The notes beneath the pieces are model-generated. The model saw only the letters and a program-made list of their open reading frames with translations, made no database searches and was not told the origin of the DNA. A DNA stretch of 64,000 bases from Candidatus Danuiimicrobium aquiferis (lineage in GTDB: Bacteria; Omnitrophota; Omnitrophia; Omnitrophales; Danuiimicrobiaceae). The stretch lies in assembly GCA_001804285.1 (NCBI GenBank), contig MHFR01000037.1:19552-83551 (forward strand), written 5' to 3'. The translations under genes and the position numbers were made by a program. Shown here in pieces: positions 32,733 through 43,063 of this stretch. The first letter of the stretch is position 1, and each line of letters starts with the position of its first letter.

Positions 32733-33773
32733 ATGATCAAATTGAATCTTGTCATCGACCGCCTATTACTCGGAAAAGATCTAAGTGTCCGTGAAATGAA
32801 GGATGCTTTCCGCTATTTGTTTCTAACAAAAAAATCCAATCTCAATTTTGGCGCAACCGTGCTCCTCCTCCTGCAAAAAAAAGGAATCCATTTAAACGAG
32901 CTTTACGGGTTGGTAAAGCTTGTTCACGAACTGGAGCCACCTCTACGGCTCGGAAAGTCACTCACGTTAGTTGACGGCTGCGGCACTGGCGGAGATAACG
33001 CGCATACATTTAATATTTCAACGCTTGCATGTCTGGTCGCGAGCGGGGCAGGGGCTTCGATTGCAAAACACGGAAACCGAAGCATTTCATCTCAATGCGG
33101 CAGTTCGGACTTGATGGAAAGTTTGGGTGTTCGAATTGACGCGAGCCCAAAATTGATGCTTCACGCAATCGAGAAACATGGTTTCGGTTACTTTCATGCC
33201 CCGTTATACCATCCGATATTTAAACGGATTCAACCTATCCGACAATCTTTGGGCCGAAAAGGAATCAAAACTATTTTCAATCTCGTTGGACCTCTCGTGA
33301 ATCCATTACGTCCAAAACGGCAAGTCATTGGCGTTTTTCGAAAAGATTATGCCGCCATAGTAGCACAAACAGCAAAAAAAATAGGATATGATCATGCTGT
33401 TGTTTTTTATAATCTGGGAGGTTTCGACGAATTAACCATCTTTTCAAAAGCTTTTCTGTTCGAAATTAAACGCCACCAATTAAATCATTCGATATTCAAT
33501 CCTCGCGAATTGAAACTGAGATCCGGGAATAAAAACGAAATTGCGGGTAAAAATAAAAAATATAACACCCGACTCGCTCATCAAATCCTGCTTGGAAAAG
33601 TAAAGGGAACAAAACGGAACGTTGTCATTTTGAACGCAGCGGCAATTTTGTATGTCGCGGGTTTGGCCAAATCCATCAAGGAGGGATTGTCATTATCGGC
33701 GGAATCCATCGACAGCGGTTCTGCATGGAAATCTTTACAAAATCTGGTAAAATCAAGCCATGATTCTAGATAA
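32733..33773 (+). CDS. trpD: anthranilate phosphoribosyltransferase
   Basis: 346 aa. GTGGD and KHGNRS motifs. Confidence 0.9.
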   Translation: MIKLNLVIDRLLLGKDLSVREMKDAFRYLFLTKKSNLNFGATVLLLLQKKGIHLNELYGLVKLVHELEPPLRLGKSLTLVDGCGTGGDNAHTFNISTLACLVASGAGASIAKHGNRSISSQCGSSDLMESLGVRIDASPKLMLHAIEKHGFGYFHAPLYHPIFKRIQPIRQSLGRKGIKTIFNLVGPLVNPLRPKRQVIGVFRKDYAAIVAQTAKKIGYDHAVVFYNLGGFDELTIFSKAFLFEIKRHQLNHSIFNPRELKLRSGNKNEIAGKNKKYNTRLAHQILLGKVKGTKRNVVILNAAAILYVAGLAKSIKEGLSLSAESIDSGSAWKSLQNLVKSSHDSR

Positions 33774-34572
33774 AATAGTCTGTTATAAAAAACGGGAATT
33801 ACTCATTCAGAAGCAGAAAATGCCACTCGCGCATTTACTCAAAATAGCCCGTCAACTCCCCCCTAAAAAACACGGCTTTATGAAAGCCTTGAACCGCAAA
33901 AAAGGGATTAATTTGATTTGCGAGCTTAAAAAAGCCTCACCCTCTCACGGGCTTATCCGAAAAAACTTCTCGCCGGTTTCACTCGCAAAAGATTTCGAAA
34001 AAGCAGGAGCGTGCGCAATCTCAATCTTGACTGAAGAACGTTTCTTTAAAGGGAGCCCAAAAATATTGAAACAGGTTCGCCGCAACACTAAGTTACCGAT
34101 TTTACGAAAAGATTTCATCATCGATCCTTATCAAGTCTGCGAAACATTCGTGCTCGGCGCAGATGCTTTTCTCCTCATTGCTTCGTTGTTAGACGACAGA
34201 AATCTGGAAATGTTAATCAGCCTTGGCGAATGGTTCGGTATGGACCCGCTTATCGAAGTCCGTTCCAAACACGAACTTAGACGAGCATTAAAAGCCGGTG
34301 CAAAAATCATCGGCATCAATAACCGGGATTTAAAAACATTACGCATTAATCCATCCTATGCAAAACAATTACTTTCATCCGTACCCAAAACAATCATTCC
34401 AGTCATTGAAAGCGGAATCGAGTCACACAAACAGATCTGCGAGTATTTAAATTTAAGGGTTAATTCTTTTCTCGTCGGAACTTCGCTCATGAAATCCAGA
34501 AACGTCAAATCGACGATCCTGGAAATGCTGGGCAAAACCAAAAAAGGAAAACCAAATAATGCCAAAAATTAA
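33760..34572 (+). CDS. trpC: indole-3-glycerol phosphate synthase
   Basis: 270 aa, TIM-barrel IGPS (ICELKKASPS, INNRDL). Confidence 0.9.
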   Translation: MILDKIVCYKKRELLIQKQKMPLAHLLKIARQLPPKKHGFMKALNRKKGINLICELKKASPSHGLIRKNFSPVSLAKDFEKAGACAISILTEERFFKGSPKILKQVRRNTKLPILRKDFIIDPYQVCETFVLGADAFLLIASLLDDRNLEMLISLGEWFGMDPLIEVRSKHELRRALKAGAKIIGINNRDLKTLRINPSYAKQLLSSVPKTIIPVIESGIESHKQICEYLNLRVNSFLVGTSLMKSRNVKSTILEMLGKTKKGKPNNAKN

Positions 34573-35194
34573 GATTTGCGGAAATACAAATTTCGATGAC
34601 GTCAAACTTGCGATTGATTTGGGAGCCGACTATCTTGGATTTGTTTTTGCGGAAAGCAAGCGAAAGATTGATCCCGTTGTTGCGAAATCCATCATTGGCA
34701 AATTCCCACATTTCAAAACCTTCGTCGGTGTCTTTGCGAATCAATCGAAAGATGAGGTAGCATCAATCGCAAACCTTTTAGGGCTTAAGTGGCTTCAGTT
34801 TCACGGAGACGAAACATCTCGGCATTGTGATTATTTTACTGATAAAGGCTTCAACGTCATCAAAACCTTCCGCATCAAGGATCGAATGAGTTTAAAACGC
34901 CTGGAGGAATATAATGTCGAAGCTTTTCTATTTGATACCTACTCAAAAAACGAACTGGGCGGAACCGGGAAAACATTTGATTGGAAAATCATAGAAGATA
35001 AACCTTATGTCCGGGAAAAATTATTTCTAGCCGGCGGATTAACCGTGGATAATATTGACGCGGCCCTGAGCACCATTAAGCCTTATGCCGTTGATACAGC
35101 CAGCGGAATCGAAAAAAGCATCGGACAGAAAAATCATGATCTGTTGAGAAAAATGATTGAAAAAGTCAAAGCCGTGCAGTATTCATACAAATGA
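34559..35194 (+). CDS. trpF: phosphoribosylanthranilate isomerase
   Basis: 211 aa, MPKIKICGNTN... This is the last trp gene here; no trpB/trpA follow. Confidence 0.85.
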   Translation: MPKIKICGNTNFDDVKLAIDLGADYLGFVFAESKRKIDPVVAKSIIGKFPHFKTFVGVFANQSKDEVASIANLLGLKWLQFHGDETSRHCDYFTDKGFNVIKTFRIKDRMSLKRLEEYNVEAFLFDTYSKNELGGTGKTFDWKIIEDKPYVREKLFLAGGLTVDNIDAALSTIKPYAVDTASGIEKSIGQKNHDLLRKMIEKVKAVQYSYK

Positions 35195-35218
35195 ACCTTT
35201 TAAAAAACCCATGAGAGC

Positions 35219-36397
35219 ATGATCACCAACGAATTTATAGACCGATTGATCCATCGAATCGATAAAATTGATAAAAAAAACCTGCAAAGTTATGTTCTCG
35301 AACTTGGACAGGATAGAAATTTTCTTTTCTCCCTGTTCGATCATATTCTCGAAGGCGTGATGGTCCTGTCGGCAAAACAGGAAGTCGTTTTCATTAACCG
35401 CCGGATCCGGCAACTCTTCGACCTGTCCTCAGAGCAGTCCCATGAGCGAAATTATATGACTATTCTACAGGACACCCGATTAAAAGCCCGCGTCCAATCC
35501 GCGCTGCAGGAACGGAATGAAGTTTCCCATGAAAACATTGAGGTTTTAATTCCACGTCCAATGCTGATTAAGTTATCGCTCAGATATGAAACCATCATGG
35601 CGAAAACATATTCTGTCATTCTCATCGAAAATATCAGCCAAAATGAAATTCTGATTCGCGAACAGTTTCAAAAAGAAAATTGGAAATCCATATTTGAATT
35701 GGCAGCGGGAATCGCCCATGAAATCGGCAATCCGCTCAATTCCATCAACATCCACTTAAAACTTCTTTCGAACAAAATACAATCCCTGAAACAAAAAAAT
35801 ACAGACCCTTTGACAAACGAACTCGCAATCCTCAGAGAAGAAACGAATCGCCTCGACGAAATCATCAGGAATTTTCTTCGGGCAACGCGGAAAAAACCTC
35901 TCAATTACGAATTGACCAATATCAATGATCTGATTTCCAAAACCGTTGACTTTCTCAGGCCAGAACTCAAAGAATCAAAAATTCAAGTGACACAACAGCT
36001 GAATGCCGAAATTCCGCTTTTTCTGATCGATCAGGATCGCATGCAACAGGTGTTCATCAATTTGGTTAAGAATTCTATTCAGGCTATGGTGCGCGGCGGA
36101 AAATTAAACATTCAGACGGGTTTAAAAGACAAATTATGTTTCATACAAATTCAGGATACCGGCGTCGGCATTCCGGAATCCAAACTTCCAAAAATATTCG
36201 ACGCCTATTTCACCACCAAGGAAGAAGGTAGCGGTCTCGGACTGATGATTGCCTATCAAATCATTTCGGAACATCACGGAAGGATCGAAGCCACAAGCAA
36301 GGTAAATATGGGCACTACTTTTCGAATCGTTCTTCCAATCCGAAAAGAAAAGCTTGAATTACCGCTTAATGAAACTTCCCAAAAAGGCAAAGGTTAA
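35219..36397 (+). CDS. cytoplasmic PAS-domain sensor histidine kinase
   Basis: 392 aa with no TM segment. H-box HEIGNPLNSI and an HATPase region (GSGLGLMIAYQII). Sits 24 nt after trpF. Confidence 0.8.
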   Translation: MITNEFIDRLIHRIDKIDKKNLQSYVLELGQDRNFLFSLFDHILEGVMVLSAKQEVVFINRRIRQLFDLSSEQSHERNYMTILQDTRLKARVQSALQERNEVSHENIEVLIPRPMLIKLSLRYETIMAKTYSVILIENISQNEILIREQFQKENWKSIFELAAGIAHEIGNPLNSINIHLKLLSNKIQSLKQKNTDPLTNELAILREETNRLDEIIRNFLRATRKKPLNYELTNINDLISKTVDFLRPELKESKIQVTQQLNAEIPLFLIDQDRMQQVFINLVKNSIQAMVRGGKLNIQTGLKDKLCFIQIQDTGVGIPESKLPKIFDAYFTTKEEGSGLGLMIAYQIISEHHGRIEATSKVNMGTTFRIVLPIRKEKLELPLNETSQKGKG

Positions 36398-36399
36398 TC

Positions 36400-37770
36400 A
36401 TGGGAATGTGGGCAACGATTTTAGTCGTCGATGACGAAAAAAATACACGGGAAGGAATCAAACCGATTCTTGAGTCATGGGATTACGACGTTGTCCTTGC
36501 GGAAAACGGAAAGGCGGCACTTGAACTCATGAAGGAAGATTGCCCGGATATTGTTTTGGCCGATCTAAAAATGCCGGAAATGGACGGCATTGAATTATTA
36601 AATACAGTCAAACGCAAATACCCGCAGGTTATCTTCATTGTCCTCACCGCCTACGGCACGGTTCAAACCGCCGTTAGCGCCATGCAAGACGGTGCCTATT
36701 ACTATTTGACCAAACCGGTTAATTTTGAAGAGCTGGAATTAATTCTTAAAAAAGCGCTCCACCAAAGATCTATAGAACAAGAAAATGTAAATCTCCGCGC
36801 AGAGCTCATGCAAGAACGGCATGAAGCAGGCGAAATCATCGGGAATTCAGAGACGATTAAGAAAGCCATCTCAACGGCAAACCAAGTTGCACAAACTGAC
36901 TCGACGGTTTTAATCCAGGGCGAAAGCGGAACCGGAAAAGAACTGTTTGCCCATTTAATCCATTTTGGAAGCTCCCGCAGAAATCAACCGCTGATCACTG
37001 TCCACATGGCCGCGCTTACGGAGACTTTACTCGCCAGCGAACTTTTTGGACATGAAAAAGGGGCATTCACCGGGGCAACCGAACGCCGAGTCGGTCGTTT
37101 TGAACGTGCAAACGGGGGAACGCTCTTCCTCGATGAAATATCGGAAATTCCGGAAGGCATGCAGACAAAGCTCTTGCGCGTCCTTCAGGACGGCCTGTTT
37201 GAACGGGTCGGGGGAACAAAAACGATCAAAACGGATGTTCGTTTGATTTGTGCCACCAACAAAAATTTAAAGGACGAGGTCACAAAAGGGAAGTTTCGCG
37301 AAGACTTATATTATCGGATCAATGTTATTTTGCTTGAAATTCCGCCGCTGCGCAACCGCCGATCGGATATTTCGCTTCTGGTAGATCATTTTCTAAATTA
37401 TTTTACACGAATTAACCGGAAAAATATCGATGGAATAACCCCGGAAGCAAGCCAGGCGCTCAAGCAATATTCATGGCCTGGAAATATCCGTGAATTAAAA
37501 AACGTGATGGAACGCGCCGTCGTTCTTGGAAACAACGGAACGATCGGCCTTGAACAATTTCCGGACGACATCAGGCACAATCAACCCATCCGTATAGAAT
37601 CCGACGCAACAACCACGAAATCAGTCGAATCGATTCGCGGAATGGAAGATCAAATGATCAGGAAGGCTCTCAAGCAATCCGGCGGAAACAAAAGTATCAC
37701 GGCCAAACGTCTCGGAATTTCCCGCAGAACGCTTTACAGGAAAATAGAAGAATATAAAATTTCCGACTAA
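36400..37770 (+). CDS. sigma-54-dependent response regulator (NtrC family: REC + AAA+ + Fis-type HTH)
   Basis: 456 aa. REC domain (ILVVDDE...D...KMPEMDG), Walker A GESGTGKE, the GAFTGA sigma54-contact motif, and a C-terminal HTH. Confidence 0.9.
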   Translation: MGMWATILVVDDEKNTREGIKPILESWDYDVVLAENGKAALELMKEDCPDIVLADLKMPEMDGIELLNTVKRKYPQVIFIVLTAYGTVQTAVSAMQDGAYYYLTKPVNFEELELILKKALHQRSIEQENVNLRAELMQERHEAGEIIGNSETIKKAISTANQVAQTDSTVLIQGESGTGKELFAHLIHFGSSRRNQPLITVHMAALTETLLASELFGHEKGAFTGATERRVGRFERANGGTLFLDEISEIPEGMQTKLLRVLQDGLFERVGGTKTIKTDVRLICATNKNLKDEVTKGKFREDLYYRINVILLEIPPLRNRRSDISLLVDHFLNYFTRINRKNIDGITPEASQALKQYSWPGNIRELKNVMERAVVLGNNGTIGLEQFPDDIRHNQPIRIESDATTTKSVESIRGMEDQMIRKALKQSGGNKSITAKRLGISRRTLYRKIEEYKISD

Positions 37771-37772
37771 CC

Positions 37773-37965
37773 CGGTTATTCTCATCGTTTTTTTCACTCG
37801 CTGAGAATAACCGCTTTGGACAATATGGACGTGCTGTCCAAAGTTTTGCGCGCATAGACAAAACAGCGCGCAAAAGATAAGCCCTTTTGCGAAAGCAATT
37901 TAAATGATTTCCGCAAAAGCTCTTTGAGCGCATTTCTCATCCCTAAAGATGAGAAATGCGGGCTA
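37773..37965 (+). repeat. family-A composite structured repeat (at least 5 hairpins, divergent full-length copy)
   Basis: H1 CGGTTATTCTCA..TGAGAATAACCG. H2 CTTTGGACA..TGTCCAAAG. H3 TTTTGCGCGC..GCGCGCAAAA followed by ATAAGCCC. H4 TTTTGCG..CGCAAAA. H5 GCATTTCTCAT..ATGAGAAATGC followed by GGGCTA. Module order and spacing match copy 47128-47316, but the stem sequences differ by compensatory changes. Confidence 0.7.
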
Positions 37966-38159
37966 ATACTGGCACGCCAGTGTATCGATATGGCCCACTG
38001 CACATATCTTATCAATAAGTTTTTTGATGGACATTGCAAGTCGTTTCTTAATAACAAGTTATACTAGCAATAAAATCAATTGTTTGGCACGGAAATTGAT
38101 GTACTGAAGATAGAAATTGAAATCATTTACAACAATTTAATAAAAACAGGAGAATTAAA

Positions 38160-40082
38160 ATGGCAAAAATCATCGGAATTGATTTAGGAACTACGAATTC
38201 ATGCGTCGCAATCATGGAAGGATCTGAACCCAAAGTGATCCCAAACGTTGAAGGAAATCGAACAACCCCTTCTGTCGTTGCACTCACTAAACAGGGAGAA
38301 AGACTGGTAGGACAAACAGCCAAGCGTCAGTCTATCACAAATCCGGATCGTACCATTTTCAGCGCAAAGCGTTTTATCGGACGCCGCTACAACGAAGTTT
38401 CGGAAGAAATTAAACTGGTTCCATATAAAGTTGAATCCGGAAAAAATGCGGACGTGGTTTTTAATATCGACGGCCGCAATTATACGCCGCCTGAAATTTC
38501 TGCGATGGTGCTTCAAAAATTGCGTTCAGACGCCGAAGCTTTTTTGGGCGAAAAAATCACAAAAGCCGTCATTACCGTTCCGGCCTATTTCAACGATTCA
38601 CAGCGCCAGGCAACGAAAGATGCAGGACAAATCGCCGGTTTAGAAGTGTTGCGGATTATCAATGAGCCTACAGCCGCCGCACTCGCGTATGGATTGGATA
38701 AGAAAAAAGACGAGCGGATCGCTGTTTACGATCTCGGAGGCGGAACTTTTGATATCTCCATTCTTGAAATCGGTGAAGGCGTCTTTGAAGTCAAAGCCAC
38801 CAATGGCGACACACATCTCGGCGGCGATGACTTTGATCATTGTGTTATGGATTGGCTTACCAGCGAATTTAAAAAATCAGAAGGAATCGATCTTTCAAAA
38901 GACCGGATGGCGCTGCAACGTCTGCGTGAGTCGGCAGAAAAAGCAAAATGCGAACTTTCAACCGCAGAAACCACCGAAATCAATTTGCCATTTATCACGG
39001 CAGATGCTTCCGGACCAAAACATTTGGTCATGACACTGACGCGGGCGAAACTTGAGCAATTGGTTCAGGCCCTCATTGATCGCACCGTTGGCCCTTGTGA
39101 ACGCTGCATGAAAGACGCCGGCGTAACACCGGACCAAATCGATGAAGTGGTTTTGGTGGGCGGGCAAACCCGCATGCCGGCTGTCCAACTCCTTGTGAAA
39201 AAACTATTCGGAAAAGAACCGCACAAGGGAGTCAATCCTGATGAAGTGGTCGCGATTGGCGCCGGTATTCAGGCCGGGGTCCTCGGAGGAGATGTCCGTG
39301 ACGTATTACTTCTCGATGTCACTCCGCTCTCCCTCGGAATTGAAACATTGGGCGGGGTCATGACAAAATTAATCGAACGGAATACAACAATCCCGACTAA
39401 AAAGTCAGAAATCTTTTCAACGGCGGCAGACAATCAAACAGCTGTTACCGTCAAAGTACTTCAGGGTGAGCGGCAAATGGCCGCGGACAGCCGAACACTC
39501 GGACTTTTTAATCTCGAAGGAATTCCGCCGGCCCCTCGCGGTATTCCGCAGGTTGAGGTCACCTTCGATATTGACGCAAATGGAATTGTGCATGTTTCAG
39601 CCAAAGATCTCGGAACAGGCAAAGAACAGAAAATCAGAATCGAATCATCTTCCGGGCTTTCGAAAGATGATGTTGATAAACTCATAAAAGAAGCTCAATC
39701 ACACGCGGACGATGATAAGAAAAAACAAGAGTTAGTCCAAAGCAGAAATGAACTGGACAATTTAATTTATCAGTGCGAAAAATCACTTAAAGACTACGGC
39801 AGCCAAATCTCAGGCGAAGAAAAATCAAAGATTGAAGACGCCGTCAAAGATGCCCGTAAATCTTTAGATTCAAATGATGCTGAGAGCATGAAACAGGCTA
39901 AAGAAAAACTGGCAACAGCTTCTCATGTCATCGCACAAAAAATGTATGAAGAGGCCGCTAAGAAAAAAACGGCAGAGACCGGAAAAACACCGGACTCCGA
40001 AGGCCAAGAAAAAAAGAAAGACAAAGGCGACGCGGTAGATGCCGATTACGAAGTTGTGGATGACGATGATAAGAAGAAGTAA
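38160..40082 (+). CDS. dnaK: molecular chaperone DnaK (Hsp70)
   Basis: 640 aa. [18 protein letters not shown], and a C-terminal acidic tail. Confidence 0.95.
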   Translation: MAKIIGIDLGTTNSCVAIMEGSEPKVIPNVEGNRTTPSVVALTKQGERLVGQTAKRQSITNPDRTIFSAKRFIGRRYNEVSEEIKLVPYKVESGKNADVVFNIDGRNYTPPEISAMVLQKLRSDAEAFLGEKITKAVITVPAYFNDSQRQATKDAGQIAGLEVLRIINEPTAAALAYGLDKKKDERIAVYDLGGGTFDISILEIGEGVFEVKATNGDTHLGGDDFDHCVMDWLTSEFKKSEGIDLSKDRMALQRLRESAEKAKCELSTAETTEINLPFITADASGPKHLVMTLTRAKLEQLVQALIDRTVGPCERCMKDAGVTPDQIDEVVLVGGQTRMPAVQLLVKKLFGKEPHKGVNPDEVVAIGAGIQAGVLGGDVRDVLLLDVTPLSLGIETLGGVMTKLIERNTTIPTKKSEIFSTAADNQTAVTVKVLQGERQMAADSRTLGLFNLEGIPPAPRGIPQVEVTFDIDANGIVHVSAKDLGTGKEQKIRIESSSGLSKDDVDKLIKEAQSHADDDKKKQELVQSRNELDNLIYQCEKSLKDYGSQISGEEKSKIEDAVKDARKSLDSNDAESMKQAKEKLATASHVIAQKMYEEAAKKKTAETGKTPDSEGQEKKKDKGDAVDADYEVVDDDDKKK

Positions 40083-41024
40083 ATGATCGGTTTTCATCAC
40101 CAAGGCGTAACAAAGCAGAATAAAACTTTCCGGTTTGGTGCGCTTTTATCAAAAACCGGGCGCGGAAGTTTTATTCTGCTTGTTTACTTTTTTATCTGCT
40201 TCTGCTCCCGCTCCACATTTGCAGCAAATAATGATACCTCTTCGGGTGTTACCATCATAAGGCAACCGGAACAAACATACTATATAACCGACGAAATAAT
40301 CTATGAAATATCGATCCGCTGGGATTCGAAACTAAACGAATCGCGGATGTCTTCGCCACGAATGAATCTTGAAAATCTCGTATTCGTAGGCGCCCGGCAA
40401 TCAACACAATCCACATCGGGAACAGGCGCCCCTCCGGAACAAATCTTTCAATTTTCTTTTAAAGGCAATCAAACCGGCCGCGCCGCCATTCGTAAACTTG
40501 AACTTGAGTTTTTTTCAGGACAGGGCGCGGAAGTGACAAGATTTCAAATACCACCCGTTGAATTGGAAATTAAAAGTGATTTCCGTTTGATCATTCGAAC
40601 AATTTTTATCGCTATCGCTGGAATCATTGTTCTCTTCTCAAGCATAATGCTTTTTCGGAAAAAATTTTATCGCAAACCCGCCGCTTCAAAAACAACGCCG
40701 GAAGAAGATATCTGCGGCCAATTAGCCCGGCTCAAAATCGAACTAACCTCAGCGCAGAAACCTGACCGGATTTTGAAATATCTCGTGTCAGTCACTGAAG
40801 ATTATCTTCTTAAAAAATTGGATTGGAAAGCGCGGCGGGATAGCTATAATCTACTAAAAAGCAAGGCGGCCGAAACATGGTCTAAAAAAGAAGCGCAAAC
40901 ATGGCATGATTTCATGAAAAAGCTCGAAGATTACCGGTATTCGGGAAAAACATGCGGCAGGGAAGAGATTAATGAATTATTGAACACCATCAACTCGTTC
41001 ATTCGAACCGAACGTTCGTTATAA
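40083..41024 (+). CDS. BatD-like membrane protein (signal-anchor / ecto-domain / TM / cytoplasmic tail); start uncertain
   Basis: 313-aa ORF whose ATG abuts the dnaK stop. Hydrophobic segments lie at about aa 30-47 and 190-212. The architecture parallels ORF 43060-44052. A terminator-like nested hairpin (40123-40179) lies inside the annotated 5' end, so the real start may be downstream. Confidence 0.4.
   Translation: MIGFHHQGVTKQNKTFRFGALLSKTGRGSFILLVYFFICFCSRSTFAANNDTSSGVTIIRQPEQTYYITDEIIYEISIRWDSKLNESRMSSPRMNLENLVFVGARQSTQSTSGTGAPPEQIFQFSFKGNQTGRAAIRKLELEFFSGQGAEVTRFQIPPVELEIKSDFRLIIRTIFIAIAGIIVLFSSIMLFRKKFYRKPAASKTTPEEDICGQLARLKIELTSAQKPDRILKYLVSVTEDYLLKKLDWKARRDSYNLLKSKAAETWSKKEAQTWHDFMKKLEDYRYSGKTCGREEINELLNTINSFIRTERSL
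40123..40179 (+). terminator. nested hairpin plus U-rich tail just after dnaK
   Basis: AAAACTTTCCGGTTT...AAACCGG-GCG-CGGAAGTTTT (outer stem of about 10 bp, inner of 7 bp), followed by ATTCTGCTTGTTTACTTTTTT. Confidence 0.4.
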
Positions 41025-41072
41025 TAGTCTAAATTATATTTTACGTTTCCATCACATAAAACTGGAGGACTC

Positions 41073-42062
41073 ATGGAACCAAATATCAAAGAACTTTCCG
41101 AACAAATCAAGGAAGCCCAAAAAAGCATTGACATCCTGTGCCGCGAAATAGGAAAAGTAATCGTCGGTCAAAAATATTTAATGGACCGGCTCATTGTCGG
41201 CCTGCTTGCAGACGGCCATATCCTCATTGAAGGTGTTCCGGGACTCGCTAAAACGATGTCCGTTCGAACCCTGTCTCAAGCCATTCAGGCAAAATTCCAG
41301 CGAATTCAATTCACCCCCGACCTATTGCCCGCAGACTTAATCGGAACGCTGGTATATAGCCCCAAGGATGGCAGTTTTTCGACCAAAAAGGGCCCTATTT
41401 TCGCAAATATCATCCTCGCTGATGAAATTAACCGTGCCCCATCCAAAGTCCAAAGTGCGCTTCTTGAAGCCATGCAGGAGCATCAAGTGACGATCGGGGA
41501 AAACACCTTTAAACTCCCTGAACCGTTTCTTGTGCTCGCGACTCAAAACCCGATTGAACAGGAAGGCACCTATCCGCTTCCTGAAGCTCAGGTGGACCGT
41601 TTCATGATGAAATTAATCGTAGATTATCCAAATAAAAATGAGGAGAAAGAGATTCTCAATCGGATGTCAACCGGATTTCCGATTGAAGTTTCTCCGGTTG
41701 TCGACTCTCAAAAAATTCTCGAATTGAGAAAACTTGTCAACCAAATTTATATCGACGAAAAAGTAAAGGATTACATAGTCGATTTGGTTTTTGCGACACG
41801 TTTTCCGGCGCAATACAAACTCGAAAATCTAAAGCCCTTGATTTCTTATGGCGCTTCACCGCGCGCAAGCATTATGCTAACTGTCGCCGCAAAAGCGCAT
41901 GCTTTTCTTCAGGGAAGAGGGTATGCCACCCCGGAAGACGTGAAATTAATCGGAAACGACGTTCTGCGACACAGAATTCTTGTCACTTACGAAGCGGAAG
42001 CAGAAGGAATGACTTCTGAAAAAATCATTGAACAGATTTTTGATCAAGTTGAGGTCCCGTAA
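41073..42062 (+). CDS. moxR: MoxR-family AAA+ ATPase
   Basis: 329 aa. Walker A GVPGLAKT and the AAA_3/MoxR C-terminal region. First gene of the Bat-type module. Confidence 0.9.
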   Translation: MEPNIKELSEQIKEAQKSIDILCREIGKVIVGQKYLMDRLIVGLLADGHILIEGVPGLAKTMSVRTLSQAIQAKFQRIQFTPDLLPADLIGTLVYSPKDGSFSTKKGPIFANIILADEINRAPSKVQSALLEAMQEHQVTIGENTFKLPEPFLVLATQNPIEQEGTYPLPEAQVDRFMMKLIVDYPNKNEEKEILNRMSTGFPIEVSPVVDSQKILELRKLVNQIYIDEKVKDYIVDLVFATRFPAQYKLENLKPLISYGASPRASIMLTVAAKAHAFLQGRGYATPEDVKLIGNDVLRHRILVTYEAEAEGMTSEKIIEQIFDQVEVP

Positions 42063-42093
42063 TTAAACCGGCTTTACCATAGGCTCATGCTAA

Positions 42094-42165
42094 CCCGCCT
42101 TTCTCATCGATTTTGTAAATCGACGAGAAAGGCGCTTCGGGCATAATCAGTTGCGCCCAAAGTTT
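42094..42165 (+). repeat. family-A repeat, partial copy (H1+H2 modules)
   Basis: CCCGCCTTTCTCATCGATTTTGTAAATCGACGAGAAAGGCGCTTCGGGCATAATCAGTTGCGCCCAAAGTTT. Relative to 47128 it shows a compensatory GAC..GTC to GCC..GGC swap in the H1 stem. Confidence 0.65.
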
Positions 42166-42181
42166 CCTGAAAAGAGGATCG

Positions 42182-43063
42182 ATGGATATCAAGCTTAGCC
42201 AAATTCTCGATCAAGTTAAACAGATCGAAATTAAATCAACCCGGCTCGTCAATGAAATCTTTGCTGGCGAATATCAATCCGTCTTTAAAGGCCGGGGCAT
42301 GGAATTTGCCGAGGTCCGTGAATATGTTCCCGGCGATGATATCCGAACCATCGATTGGAATGTCACCGCAAGATCTCAACATCCGTTTATCAAAAAATTT
42401 ATCGAGGAACGGGAACTTACCGTTATTTTCGTGGTGGATGGATCCCGTTCACTTTATTTCGGTTCCACAGAAAAAATGAAAGCAACTCTCGCCGCTGAAA
42501 TCGCCGCGCTTCTTGCCTTTTCAGCCGTCAAAAACCATGACAAAGTCGGACTTTTGATTTACACCGATACCATTGAAAAATTTCTGCCCCCCAAGAAGGG
42601 AAAAAGCAATGTTCTTCGAGTCGTCCGTGAAGTGCTTTACCATCAACCAACGGGCAAGCAAACAAACTTAAAAATCGCACTGGAATATCTCAACCAAACG
42701 GTTAAACGAAATGCCGTCGTCTTCGTCATTTCCGACTTCATCGACCATGGCTATGAACAAGCACTGAAAATCGCAAACCGCAAACACGACTTAATCGCCA
42801 TTCAAATCATCGATCCGCGCGAACAAAAACTGCCTCCTTGCGGTTGGATTGAAATGGAAGACGGGGAAACCAGCGAGCGAGCGCTGGTCAACACACAAGA
42901 TAAGCGTTTTCGTGACGACTACGAAAAAGTCTGTTTAAAGCGGGAAGCTAAAACCGATTACTTGTTTAAATTGATGGGCATCGACTCCGTTAAAATTATC
43001 GCAGGAACTTCGTATGTGCATCCGTTGGTTAAATTTTTTCGCCGGCGGGAGAAGCGGCTATGA
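42182..43063 (+). CDS. DUF58 domain protein (VWA-like, MoxR partner)
   Basis: 293 aa with the ...FKGRGMEFAEVREYVPGDDIRTIDWNVTAR... DUF58 signature. Confidence 0.8.
   Translation: MDIKLSQILDQVKQIEIKSTRLVNEIFAGEYQSVFKGRGMEFAEVREYVPGDDIRTIDWNVTARSQHPFIKKFIEERELTVIFVVDGSRSLYFGSTEKMKATLAAEIAALLAFSAVKNHDKVGLLIYTDTIEKFLPPKKGKSNVLRVVREVLYHQPTGKQTNLKIALEYLNQTVKRNAVVFVISDFIDHGYEQALKIANRKHDLIAIQIIDPREQKLPPCGWIEMEDGETSERALVNTQDKRFRDDYEKVCLKREAKTDYLFKLMGIDSVKIIAGTSYVHPLVKFFRRREKRL

Noticed and set aside
38020-38160. CIRCE/HrcA operator upstream of dnaK
   Set aside because: I searched the 390-nt upstream region for TTAGCACTC-N9-GAGTGCTAA or near matches and found none.
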